Notes under the pieces: generated by a model
Told to the model about the DNA's origin: nothing
The model's database searches: none
The model's input: the letters and a program-made list of their open reading frames with translations, nothing else
Part shown: piece by piece, positions 39,501-47,432 of the stretch
Position numbering within the stretch: position 1 is the first letter of the stretch
How the letters are laid out: every line of letters starts with the position of its first letter
Translations under genes and position numbers: made by a program
Assembly (NCBI GenBank): GCA_903813345.2
Contig: CAIIXF020000001.1
Span: forward strand, 16,244,001-16,308,000
Source: Owenia fusiformis
Taxonomy: Eukaryota
DNA: 64,000 nucleotides
Direction: 5' to 3'

Positions 39501-42500
39501 TTAATATAAGTGCACGTATAAGGCTAAAACCAATGTGTTTAACAGATGTCGTTTTATATTTGTTATAATGAGCTGTGTTGAATTCTGATTTTAATTTTTA
39601 ATTCTTATTTCAAATTAACATAAAATAAACGTTTGTGTCCATCAATAACATATGTTTCTTAGGGACAAGCGGATATCTATTCAAACTGTACTTCCTAGAA
39701 AATGTTTAATTTGACTCAAACTCAGGGGTATTGAATTTCTGTTGTGTTGATTCTATTTACATTTCCCTGTCTTAATTAATCAGTTGTTATAATTCAAATC
39801 ATGTGAAATTTCCCCTTAAAAAGCTTCTGCTATATGTAGTGTATGTATTTCATTGTCATCCAAGCTTCCAAGTAAATATCTGTTAACTTTGCCTGAAAAG
39901 TATCTAAATATATACTTACATTTATTTACTATATGATTTGTATTAATTCTCAGTTTTCACATCTAAAAAACATTCACATCTAAAAAGGACATTTCTTTAC
40001 TTACTTGAGAGCAAAAATGTAGCTTTTTCTGTATATCAATATTCAATATGTACAGCTTAAAATGATTCCCTCTATGTCTAAGTGCTTTAAATATATGTTT
40101 GAATTAAGGATATTTCTGTATATTATGGTTTCTATCTTGCATGTCTCAGGTGAATTTATCAAACAACACAATTCATTATTACGTTTTATTTGCATGATCA
40201 GATGCGATTTCTCTTTTTAACCAATAACTCAGTTTAAGCCTCCAAACACCAAACTAAGAGGTTTCTCCTTTTACATACAAATGAACTCAGTATCTCAGAA
40301 TATGATTTCATTCCTTTTATGCACAATACACAGGCAAATTACATCGGAGCCTGTACAAGCCCGTATGGAGCTCGTTGTGTCAACGGACCCTGTACAACCT
40401 CGGACGGGGCTCGTTACGATTCTCATAATTGCTTGTAATTTTTGCTTGTGATTACAAGGCCCGTAATAGCTCGTAATTTTTTACCCCCGTACTTGACCAT
40501 ACGGTACCCGTAACGAGCCCCATAATAAATCGTAATTTTGAATTAATATGTCTTCAATAATTTCAAAATATTTGCATGCCTGTATCAACATGATAAACAG
40601 TATAAAAGCAAGGAAACAAAATAAACAGGAGAGTTACCAATAGGAGACACCATATTTCTCTACAAGTGAAGTAAATGCATATAAAAACATTTGCGTGCGG
40701 TATTAGAATAAGTAGAAATGTGATGTAAATAAATGTTATTGTTATCGAATGTGTGAATAAAATCATCAATCTGAAATGATTAAACATACACAGCATGTTC
40801 TGGATAGATATGTGAATCATGAAGCATGACAGCAATTAATATTTTCGTTCGGAGTTCGATAACAGGCCTCGAAATTACAAGCCTTGTACATGCTCGTACA
40901 GGCCTTGAAAACAACAATTACGAGCATCGTAAGAGCTAGCACAGGCCTCGAAAACAAGCTTTGTATGAGCCTGTACGAGGATGGTGCTCCTTTTAGCCCG
41001 TAATACTCGTAATTCTCTAGGCTCGTACGGGGCCCGATGTAATTTGCCTGTGTACTATGACCTTTACACACATAATAAGTGGAACCTTTTACACACAAAA
41101 TGAATAGGACCTTAGTTACTATGACCCTTTATGCATATAGCGACTATGATCTTTTACACCAATTGTGGATATGACCTTTTACACACACCATGACTAGGAC
41201 ATTGTACACGCATAGTCAAAAGCACCTTTTACACAAAGAGTGAATTGGACCTTTGACACACTTAGTCAATAGGACATTTTGCACACACAATGCCTAGAAT
41301 CTTTTACACATATATGTACATACACTGTGACTAGGACCTTTTACATTCATAGTCAATAAGACATTTTACACACAATATGACAAAGAATGTTTTAACCAAG
41401 AAAAGCATAGTGCATCTCTTAAAATAAATCCTATTAATCCCATTACATTAGAGCACTTAAAACCTAAATATATTAGGATTAAAACACAAATCTTTATACA
41501 TATTATACATATATTTACATTAGATTATACATATGTGTGTCTCTACTATTAGTGAGAATCTCAAGTACTGAATGTCTGGTATTAAACATGAAATCATCAA
41601 TTTTATTTCTATTTTATGGAAATAAATTCTCAAATTAATGGGTAATTAGTTAAAACTGTTACATTTATGTGTTTAAACAGAATATGAATATTTATTCAGT
41701 AGTCAGTCATATGCAATATATTTTGACTTCATATGTTAATATCAGATAATTCATTTGAGATATTCACTACAATATATCTTTTGCACATAATATTAAACTA
41801 TATCTTCATGCTAGATTCTTATATTTAATGCACTGATTTTTCCATGTTTTTGCTGTGGTGTGATGTCATATCTGAACAGCCAGGAAAACAGGTACAGTTG
41901 TCTGATCCCAACTCTGCTTCCTTAGAGTGTGAATTATAACCATATAACTTTAACTCTATTTTTATTGAAACCTTTGTGATCTTTTAAAGTTCCCTTAACT
42001 AGTTCATGGGTATTTGGAATTTAGAAAGATGAGTAAAAATCCTTTCTGAAAATAGTGCTAGTGGATTGAACTTTCATAAATCATAAATGTTTCTGCAAAC
42101 GTATGTGCTATATTCCATACATTGAAAATCTTAAGTGGAACACCTCTGTAAGTGGAACACCTCTGTAAGTGGAACACCTCTGTAAGTGGAACACCCGAAT
42201 AGGTCCCACTAGACTGTTAGCCATTTACTTAATGAGACCATTTACTAAAAAGGAATTGTGGATTGTTCCAAGGTATCTAGTGATATTTTGAGGTATAATG
42301 AGAATCTATAATGATGAACAAATGGGGGAAGTTTTAGTATGTGTCTTCAAATTCTCACAATTAAGGTGTCATTGTCAGGAGTGTTTCTTCTAATGCTTGG
42401 ATGGTCACCTGGACCATTCTCTTGTCTATGTAAAAATAATATATGTCCAAATATTGTGCTTTAACGAATGGTCATACTTTAATTATCTAATTTGAGGTAT

Positions 42501-45500
42501 TAGAGGTGTTCCATTACACAGGTTTAACTGTATGTATTTTGCTTCATGTTGCCTGATTTTTGCTATATATATCTAAGCTTGTATTCACAAATGCAACTTT
42601 CGGCTGTCAGCTACCGGATAAACCTCCTTTTTTATGGCAAACTCATTTAAATATGAATGGAACAGTGGTAGGCACTACTTATATTTAAATGAGTTTGCCA
42701 TAAAATAGTAGGTCAATCTAGTAGCCAACAGCCTAAAGTTGCATTTGCGAATACAAGGTTGGTTCTTTCATGAGTTAGAGTATTAATTGAATGTAAGCTT
42801 TCGCATGTGTGTTATTTACAGTTCATAAAATGTACTTTTTATTGCTTTAAAAGTTGATTGAAAGGCATGAAGAATTTGATTTTGAGAATTTAGATCATGA
42901 AATATTTGCAAATGCATGATTCTAAATCAGGAGAATTGAAAACTCTTACTAGGCCTATATTTATATTTTGCTTTCACGTGTAGTTAAATTATACTTGAAT
43001 TCTGCTTTGTATATTGTACTTGTTGTTTGCTTGAAATGCTCTTCCCTGTTGATTATCCATAATTTAAATTATCATCCATGATTTAACTGTGTATTGTGTA
43101 TGACCCGCTGCTAGCTTCAGGATTCAAGTAACATGAAAGGTTCAAGAGTATCTCTAGGCAGGGGAGACTCTACCAGATCCCTCTTTAAAGACCCCATTGT
43201 TAAATCTAAGCAAGATTCTAAGCTGTCTTTGAAAAGCAAAGATTCAAGCTTCTCGCTTAGATCTGTGTTAGTTCAGGGGGGATCTCAAGATGTCGAAGAT
43301 GAAGATGAAGACGATGATGTGTGTATATTAGAATCAGTAGACAGACAATGTATTGTCACAAGTAGATGCCCGAAAGGGAGTTATCACATTATAAACACTG
43401 CCATTGGCTTGAGTGATGTCACTTCCCGCATATATATATTCACTAGATACTAGTAATAATCATCCTCTTGTCAATTTGGAAATATTACTTGAAAATTGAT
43501 ATTTGAACATTCAACTCTGAAGATTTTTGAAATTTCATCTTTTCCAAAAAACTTTGTCTTCATCAAATGTTAATTTTCATTCAAAATTTAAAATTTATTC
43601 ACACCCATGAATATTCAGTCATGTTATCAATAAATAGAACAAAAACAAAATTTAATTTTGAGTATAATGATTCTGATGAAACAGTTTGTGAACCTTATGG
43701 TGTATGTCATCAGTAACTTCACCATCCAATGAAATTCCCTTATTCACTTCCCCTCTAACCATGTGTGAATGCATGTCCATCCCAGAGTGAACTCCTAGGT
43801 TAGAAATACATAATTATTGATACCTGAGAAAATATTTTTTATCATGTTGTGTTCAAATCCTATACTATATTATTTATAGTACTCATTTATTTATGAATAT
43901 TCATAAGGCACAAGCTTAAATTCACATGCTTTGATTCTCTAAAAAATATATATTTTTCAGATCATCATGCTGATTATTGTTGCTTATATTACAACACCTG
44001 CTTGAGTTATTTGCCTTTATCATATTTAATTTATGTTCAGTGACAGGTTCATTGTATTGATTTAGTGTATTGTAACATGGCATCATATAATCAATATTCA
44101 TCTCTTGTTTTAGAATGGTGAATTCCAGTTTGAAAACACCAAAGAAATTGAATTAAAGGGGTTCACTATAGATCCTGTTAAGGTGAGTTAAGAATGCCAT
44201 AGAAGTCTCATGTTTATAATGCTTTATCTGAATTTAAAGGTTGTGTATACAAATCATCAAGTACCTTGCTTTTGCTCAAGAGTGTAAGATATCAGGAATT
44301 ATAAATATTTTTTTCGATCAATGTGTTTTGTTATTATTTTCTCTAGCAAATTGATAAAAACCAATTACAAGTGGTACTGTACATTATCACATACTATGTA
44401 GAATACTAGTGATTTGATTGGTTGCTTTCTATGACGTATTTCCCGTATCACATACTTTTCATATGATACGAGCACATGTACCGCACGTTGTCTATGGTAA
44501 CGAAATGGCGTCATACAACTACATTCCATTCTTTCATTTGACGTCATATTATTTCACGAACAAGAAAGGATTCAACGGTATGACGTCATATTATTTCAAA
44601 GCGAAATTTCACAACACTAAAATTATACTAGTTACCGGGAGTAACAGTACTGAACACAATCATAATTGACCAAAGCAAAATGCTTCAAGATTCCTAAGCA
44701 TGTGATAAAATCGTCATCACACGTTTCAGCTTATGTGATACAGGAAATATTCCACTCAGATAACAGTGTATCACCACTCAAGCTTCGCTTTCGTGGGTGA
44801 TACAGTGTTACCTTTCGTGGAATATTTCCTGTATCACATGCTGAAACGTGTGATAACTGATAGTATTCACATGTGTCATGAAAAAATGGCCAGTAATATC
44901 AGTTTTTTGATTATTGCATTATTCAGCTATGATCTCATAAAAAACATAAAAGATATAAAAAGATGGCAGTTATAACTGAAAATTGAATCTTAGGAGAAAG
45001 TTATACACATACGTCCAATGTGCTAATGGGTAATCTAAATTCTCATTTAAAAGAGACTATATGATATTTCAAAGTTAGATAGCAAAGCCTCAGTTGATCA
45101 TAATTAATTTTGTTTTTTCAGGGTCAAGTTGAAGCGGGTCAGCAGAAGCCTATTAAGGTCACCTGGACTCCCACTCAGGGTTATGATGTAAGAGAACATG
45201 TTTTAAGTTCATTTTATTTGGATATATTTAATATTACATAGTGAATAATGAGTTTTGAAAATATGTAATGTGTCAGAGTTTCTCCACCATTAACAGTCCT
45301 CGGAGACTCTTTTCTCAAAGGTGTGGTTTCAAGATATTTTTACTCAAAGTAATCGTCTGTAATTCCAGAAAATACTCAAACACTGAAAATTGAATGGAAA
45401 ATATTTCCAGAAATGTATAAATAAATGAAGATGATACTTTACAAAATCTGTTCACATGGTGCACATTCTAATCTGCACCAAGTTCACAGTTCCAAATTAT

Positions 45501-45711
45501 TCACCCTCTCTATGTACCTGGTTCATACACATAGTTCCTATTTGTTCTCAAAGACGATTTAGAGGTGTATCAGATTGTATTTTGAAATAATTTCCGATAA
45601 CTTTATTTGCAGCCCAATAACCCAGCTGAGGCGAATATTCTAGTGACAGTGCGCGGAGACATAGTAGAACAGTACAATATTATGCTACGGGGATATGCCT
45701 CTTCAGGTTAA
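583..45711 (+). CDS. CFAP74: Cilia- and flagella-associated protein 74, multi-exon, 5' end outside the window
   Basis: GT-AG exons join in consistent phase: 583-681, 5079-5183, 5475-5648, 6038-6148, 6424-6526, 6926-7083, 7907-8039, 8290-8382, 8645-8765, 9131-9258, 10422-10541, 21286-21404, 21531-21597, 21853-21942, 22118-22291, 22824-22935, 23279-23503, 23885-23958, 24597-24719, 24958-25079, 25368-25496, 25814-26075, 27049-27182, 27349-27524, 28066-28166, 28384-28545, 28941-28961 (microexon), 31017-31174, 31404-31529, 31834-31999, 32330-32449, 36740-36895, 37750-37948, 38224-38312, 38634-38763, 39298-39425, 44114-44182, 45122-45187, 45613-45711 (TAA). N-terminal coiled coil followed by ASH/Ig-like repeats. 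Peptides recognised as CFAP74-like: KQVAGGKEFKGVAFYSKPDVIHFKDFDVGKTYKKKV, FDPPGQMSAGLTCEMLVTFKPMINEDLEG, AIDVPVWVERQNVDLKICMFDRLYQD, VDVQPNDGFGTLLPLET. AATAAA at 46017. Confidence 0.92.
1609..4923 (-). mobile_element. Two tandem or nested copies of a Helentron-associated non-autonomous element (HINE/DINE-1-like)
   Basis: 11-bp subTIR AGACTCCAGAT at 2978-2988 next to hairpin GAAATTGAAC-AAA-GTTCAATTTC (2955-2977) and an AACTAG end; palindromic terminus TAGACTCCAGAT-TGAC-ATCTGGAGTCTA at 4841-4868 and again at 4894-4921; (AAGAAT)n microsatellite about 4790-4826; internal 20-bp, GGATA/GGAA-rich and about 110-bp sub-repeats are present in both 1609-2942 and 2943-4869. Confidence 0.7.
6606..6740 (+). 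mobile_element. Short (about 140 bp) HINE-like interspersed repeat, copy 1
   Basis: TTTT-ATGTCACCACC ... GGTGGTGACAT subTIR pair, 5' internal inverted repeat, small 3' GCAT..ATGC hairpin; five similar copies in the window. Confidence 0.6.
8869..9013 (+). mobile_element. Short HINE-like repeat, copy 2
   Basis: ATGACACTACC ... CAAATGGCAGGTAGTGACATTTTGCATGTCAATACCTCATT; aligns by eye with 6606-6740. Confidence 0.6.
10525..10931 (+). repeat. 61-bp minisatellite (31+30 bp dimer) containing copies of the CFAP74 splice donor; left part
   Basis: CAAG|GTATGT recurs with GT at 10542 (true donor), 10603, 10664, 10725, 10786, 10847 and 10908. Confidence 0.95.
10932..12467 (-). repeat. 3' LTR (1536 bp)
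   Basis: Direct repeat of 19548-20949; terminal 12-mers TGTGGCCAAGTG and CACTTTGCCACA are an 11/12 inverted match. Confidence 0.95.
12468..12481 (-). other. Polypurine tract (plus-strand primer)
   Basis: Minus strand reads AAAGGAGGGGTATG immediately before the 3' LTR. Confidence 0.85.
13645..18657 (-). CDS. Gag-Pol polyprotein, 1670 aa, single uninterrupted ORF
   Basis: Gag capsid-like region; CCHC knuckle CFICGEEGHFAAGC (17749-17790); aspartic protease LVDTGS; RT with LCYLDDIVVYS (YLDD at 16249-16260); RNase H (FILDIDTS...ELLGLKWA...TDNNPL); integrase HHCC (HDNGHQG...CQRC) and DDE (AMDYT, HSDQG, GQTERFNRT); acidic C-terminal tail; no chromodomain or env seen. Confidence 0.97.
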   Translation of the reverse strand: MAEGGSPYKHPTPRKSLVKCLGDMKDSPSRKEYLKLQEEVQRLKDTKSAVTKVIYAPKERKIDKFDGTGDVVRFVEEIKSMLKARTWSDGQQTDFIISNLEGAAREELRYRSNMEKESAESILQILIDVFGEKKSAAYLYGKFYECKQESTESLRAFSHKLLALMARIRQKDHQVDENKVLMEQFINGVDDSALRRELKKMRRDRVYSSFIELRDEAVVLMEDEDIEVRTTVKEHTIRNSPEMAEMVKMMKELNHKIAEQAKELKAIKERQAQEKTTPATTKTPKKKTTCFICGEEGHFAAGCPHNTYQKNQQSSELTAMEKDLDRFSAGTPKVGVRVDGVLVTGLVDTGSNISTMTREFYVKHWGEEMSRKPSFLKVVAANDIPIDILGYFECDVEVGRCTTKDRGILIVQDPVNGESLRRKRDVPLILGMNIIRECPDLFSAIPQQGNTLDFQVNEHLALENVQQQTSNVTLSMPMVIKAGTTTVVPVKGRSFSNEAGLIEQNQSPLPCGLFIGDTLINGAAKVFPCPVTNISNQDVVLKQGMKVGELQQVTAVEDPRAPEVEVLVVGQAMIISLENSGLTRDTSDFDVMVEKLQDRTDIEPAERTQLIDLLMKHHDQFAKSEYDLGCTQAENVKHRIMLKDPNKIVRQPYRRVQPSQFEDVKKHIKELLNKGILTSSTSPYASPLVIAHKPNGQLRVCCDFRQLNANTVRDSFPLPRIEESLDSMANSKYFTCVDLASSYHQLRMDEQDQEKTAITTPFGLFEWTRMPFGLVNAGASFMRLMQCTLGELMFDSVLCYLDDIVVYSKTFEEHLQKLDDVFCRLAKAGLRCKPAKCQFLMERIKYLGHVVSAEGVAVDPDKVKEIINWPKLETVKEVRSFLGGVGYFRRYIPGISAVASPLFSLIPKDYNKRKRYDVVWTAECETAFLKLKELLTTAPILGFPDFNMEFILDIDTSLRGIGGCLLQQQDPIPAKPRVITYIHRKLRPSERNMQNYSSRKLELLGLKWAVTEKLKDYLIGQKVIVFTDNNPLTHLEKANLSATEHRWLADLALYDLTIKHKAGRMNEIADMLSRKEAEETGATLPRPFTEIGIEVSSPSHTDLVIKENQSIQVLPSRPLLDWKKLQREDPMLKTVRQYISMDPSSAVKDKLPKNVKLMLKQRHKLLIKDDDLMYRVVTDPKTKMTVQQVVIPTSYTTEVIKAVHDNGHQGIDRTASVIWHRCYWTGMFRDIKKYVSECQRCCVAKMPEPKIQTPMNTIVATRPLEIVAMDYTLLEPGVRGLENVLVLTDVFTKYAMAVPTNNQRADTVARCLVRYFNTLGVAERLHSDQGRNFESKVVAQLCKLYGVEKSRTTSYFPQGNGQTERFNRTLHNLLKSIPSDQKRQWPNLIQDLVAVYNSTPHGSTGFTPHFLMFGREARLPIDFLLDSKERTEPTGAVDWVENHQKGMEKAHEVAKKNLDTAAKHRKEAHDRKLQPDTLAVGDVVVLRNRVLGRNKIQDSWSPQNYRVLEKYPNNVCKVVPVEGGTYRHVNRVNVRKVERKFTPNETIHNTDELGDEDDDNDLINEDDPTSDEEVIQNEAGEPISDSDSDYELLIIEETFEFPKDSETTTIEETSEYENNSDSEKSAENSGSKETKVPDTVEETNRTQKVRRSKRVNKGYNRNPHRLPRLY
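19139..19306. repeat. About 65-bp direct repeat (two copies) in the retrotransposon 5' leader
   Basis: CTGCAACATT...CACAACACACTGTGTAGTATGACTAATATTGTATTCAGAATAGAAT starting at about 19139 and 19245. Confidence 0.85.
19537..19546 (-). other. Primer-binding site, probably tRNA-Leu
   Basis: Minus strand TGGTGTCAGA begins 1 nt after the 5' LTR; complementary to the ...UCUGACACCA 3' end of eukaryotic tRNA-Leu (CAG/CAA). Confidence 0.75.
19548..20949 (-). repeat. 5' LTR (1402 bp)
   Basis: Direct repeat of 10932-12467 lacking 134 bp; adjacent to the PBS. Confidence 0.95.
20950..21058 (+). repeat. 61-bp minisatellite, right part beyond the retrotransposon
   Basis: Resumes in register (TACATTTCAACGTTTTTCAACC...CAAG|GTATGT with GT at 20991) and then degenerates. 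Confidence 0.9.
24377..24506 (+). mobile_element. Short HINE-like repeat, copy 3
   Basis: ATGTCACCACC ... GGCAGGTGGTGACATTTTGCACTTTAATGCCTTGTT. Confidence 0.6.
26220..26987 (+). mobile_element. HINE/DINE-1-like element (Helentron non-autonomous), about 770 bp
   Basis: TT + subTIR ATCCCAACGAA (26222-26232), internal IR, (TCCG/TCAG)n microsatellite, 3' subTIR TTCGTTGAGAT (26945-26955), hairpin GCTACTCCGCGGAGTTGC, CTAGTT end. A related 5' fragment lies at about 63486-63545. Confidence 0.75.
32000..32329 (+). other. U12-type (minor spliceosome) GT-AG intron of CFAP74
   Basis: 5' splice site GTATCCTTT; branch sequence CCTTAAC at 32312-32318, 11 nt before the intron end; no polypyrimidine tract; flanking exons join in frame (...NKTLD|LASSVLNTSGPF...). 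Confidence 0.9.
33178..34440 (-). CDS. Galactose-3-O-sulfotransferase family protein (420 aa, type II membrane), intronless, nested antisense in a CFAP74 intron
   Basis: N-terminal TM segment (VLLAILLLTLIVQLAMF); 5'-PSB motif IYFLKIHKTGSTT; LIRNP...S 3'-PB motif; family motif FHLVMISEYFKESLILLKHLMNWSFHDIIYF; LYQYYN-like FMYQYYNRTFW; AATAAA on the minus strand at 33162-33167. Paralog cannot be assigned. Confidence 0.9.
   Translation of the reverse strand: MNEITGKSKMRNCCSILNRYFKVLLAILLLTLIVQLAMFKKSMFSSQEYSANLATFRDGHLIENPSQESPILQKWRLKLHGHYQERKPLDSIYFLKIHKTGSTTLQGIIMRYGDTRNLTFGLHYGLASLGYPKPFQKSFVRRFKDNTSRLDIICHHLRHSDEVFEVLKPKVKAVTLIRNPTYSFISAFKYYQAWSRRCFGTGNIDAFLSEPDRYTRAINYSRACQNKQLFDLGMQPNNSRNIVEVINKIHEIDRTFHLVMISEYFKESLILLKHLMNWSFHDIIYFSKNVQNKKTDQVDKTHPRAYKIIKELNSGDEFMYQYYNRTFWKIIDIFGRDKMDRELAEFNVLQDEMEAVCIEDEVEGRDKNVEPQYKAVYLTNRVNAYILTEEGKNNETCRQMLMYEVQYTNHLRKKMRETIM
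34791..35726 (-). CDS. Uncharacterised 311-aa type II membrane protein, putative GT-A-like glycosyltransferase; intronless CDS, nested antisense
   Basis: Long ORF with N-terminal signal anchor (LALAMPVVVTGLSLYVI); motifs RQLEY..L..NL, VINADIVL (DxD-like position after a beta strand), YSLTRH, GSHDTHIF, GAEN, ISNPC...FHAHCS. Splice acceptor TTTTGTAG 11 nt upstream of the ATG implies a non-coding first exon. Function is inferred. Confidence 0.75.
   Translation of the reverse strand: MHGGIKRQLALAMPVVVTGLSLYVITKTCHNKETIISYNSNNNQMTVCPTMLNLLISFPWIGNTQLPTQPLTHNNTGRLWQRQLEYLNTLRSNLQHACVESIHILIATEEPIDSIKQMLNDVNVKKLSFQKLGSPECSYKDYAMYINKFLLNKVVAVINADIVLGEGFQMIKPEYVKVQNIAYSLTRHGSNSNETCQLKNFCLSPYKGSHDTHIFFIDTPFNETILQFLNYPVNINGAENQFMYAIVTHLGKGISNPCVTLQTFHAHCSEVRGHFKARIDAGERKQYKLTAFPTDNLTKVTHTFHKSCISC
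35908..36065 (+). mobile_element. Short HINE-like repeat, copy 4
   Basis: TTTTTATGTCACCACCAGAAATGGTGACAT ... CAAATGGCAGGTGGTCTCATTTTGCATCTTAATGCCTTGTT. Confidence 0.6.
36113..36666. mobile_element. Possible Kolobok-like non-autonomous DNA transposon
   Basis: TTAA-AGGGT ... ACCCT-TTAA boundaries; terminal 15-mers match about 10/15; more CpG-rich than the flanks. Confidence 0.4.
40329..41052. mobile_element. TIR MITE (CACAG...CTGTG, TA flanks), EnSpm/CACTA-like
   Basis: TIR CACAGGCAAATTACATCGG / CCGATGTAATTTGCCTGTG; TA on both sides; short subterminal repeats (GCTCGTA/TACGAGC). Confidence 0.65.
41056..41390. repeat. Degenerate minisatellite, unit about 30 bp
   Basis: Recurring GACCTTTTACAC core. 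Confidence 0.7.
42119..42532. mobile_element. pogo/Tigger-like MITE remnant with internal 17-bp tandem repeat
   Basis: (TAAGTGGAACACCTCTG)x3-4 at about 42132-42196; ends GAGGTGTTCCATTACACAGGTTTAACTG-TA; a related copy lies at 55739-55888. Confidence 0.5.
42575..42760. mobile_element. Palindromic MITE-like hairpin (about 185 bp)
   Basis: CTTGTATTCACAAATGCAACTTT ... AAAGTTGCATTTGCGAATACAAG arms; inner TTTTATGGCAAACTCATTTAAATAT / ATATTTAAATGAGTTTGCCATAAAA. Confidence 0.7.
44384..44858. mobile_element. Element with short terminal IR plus adjacent long hairpin (A)
   Basis: TTATCACAT (44384) and ATGTGATAA (44700-44708), followed by an imperfect palindrome at 44716-44854. Confidence 0.55.
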
Positions 45712-47289
45712 AATACAAAAGTGACATCTATAGACTTGAGTACACTCTACTTCCAGTCATGATATATGAATCCTTCAATGCAGTGAAGTGTCATGCTGGG
45801 GCGGCACTGTTATAAACTACTACAATTATAAAATGACAGTGACATCTTTCTGAACTTTTTCTGAATGAACGTGATACCTATACTAAAAAATTATGGTCCC
45901 AGAAATCCTGTCTGTATGAATTGTCTCCCGAAGGCCACTTTCATTACCCAGAAGATAATACCAAGAAATAGCAACCTTTACCCAGAATGCAAACTGTTCG
46001 AGCCATAAGAAAGGAAAATAAAATCAATATTGTTCAACCATACCTGAATCATTATAAAGAACAAGATTATTTCCAAAAAAGCATTTTTTCATTAAGGGAA
46101 ATTTTTATAATCTGACAAATGATAGCAAAATGAAATTACTGAATAAGAAAAACACATACTTAATGAGGTAATATTGATAGATTTCTAAGTTAGTATATGT
46201 CTGATATGTCAGTTATAGTGGGGTAGATGCTGAATTTGAAATCAAATAAGAACTTAAAGAACGAGTTTCAATTCAAATACCATCAAAATCTACCAAAATC
46301 CGTCCAGTTTTATGGTTTATTTTTAGTTATTTTACATATGAGTATTAAATCACTGTTTATATTTTATCCGTCCATAAATTGTTTACCCATGATGTATTAA
46401 ACTGTATCCAATTTACACTTGTTGATAATATGTACATGTTTACAAAATGTATTCTTTTTAAAACTGTTTCCACAACTAAAAATATGTTAATGTCAACTTT
46501 CAAATACATTTATTAAGAGTACTTTTACATTCTCTATATTTAGTTATTTGACAACCTGGAAAGACAGGTATATGTTGGGTCCGTGAAAGTAGGCAATATA
46601 AGTAGGCATACACAAAATTACATAATTCTGTACTATACTAGTAATATGCAATGTTGATATGGAGAAGTCAGTCCTGCAGTCGGACTAATAGCTCAAGGGT
46701 AAAGAAATTCTCTGGATATCAAGATTTTTCAATTAATATAGACCTGACATCGGCACCAACGACGCCTATGTGTTCAGATTTTGAGGGATATCTGTCCCAA
46801 TGACTGCAAATGATAGGACATTTCTTAACCTGGGTTCTTAACTTTTCACAAAGACTACATGTATTTTGATCCAATATTAAGTCATTCAAAAGGGCACAAA
46901 ACCTCTTACACTGGAAATGATCGTATTTCCATTATATCATTTCACCGCATTTTAACGATGGCGAAGCAAATACGCTGAATACAGTCTAAGTACTGGTTAA
47001 AATGTGTGTCACCTCAAATGAGTACTACTTTAAGTGTTCACATTCTTAAAAAGAACATCCCTTGGATTTTTGAGGTAAAATTCATTTTATGAAGATTCTA
47101 GATCAAAAAATAATAACCACGACCACGACAAAGCTGCATTTTGGCAAACTACATAAACTTGCAAAGCATAAGAAACTTTTCAGTAACCATATGCAACAAA
47201 TCCAAAGAATATAGCCTTTTACAAATGATTTCATAAAATAGTTTATAACTGTATAACAAATCAAAGAAAATTAAATCTCGATATTTTCC

Positions 47290-47432
47290 ATATCACCAGC
47301 ACAAGTGGTAACATCTTGTTCTAGTCTCCAACTTTTTTTGTGGACGATGTTCGGCGGTTTGTTTTCGGCGGTTGGTCTTCTGCGTCTGAAACAAATGGCA
47401 GGTGGTGGCATTTTGCATACAAATGCCTTGTA
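47290..47432 (+). mobile_element. Short HINE-like repeat, copy 5
   Basis: ATATCACCAGCACAAGTGGTAACAT ... CAAATGGCAGGTGGTGGCATTTTGCATACAAATGCCTTGT. Confidence 0.55.

Noticed and set aside
46680-46740. tRNA or SINE head (TAGCTCAAGGGTAAAG A-box-like)
   Set aside because: No B-box or cloverleaf follows.
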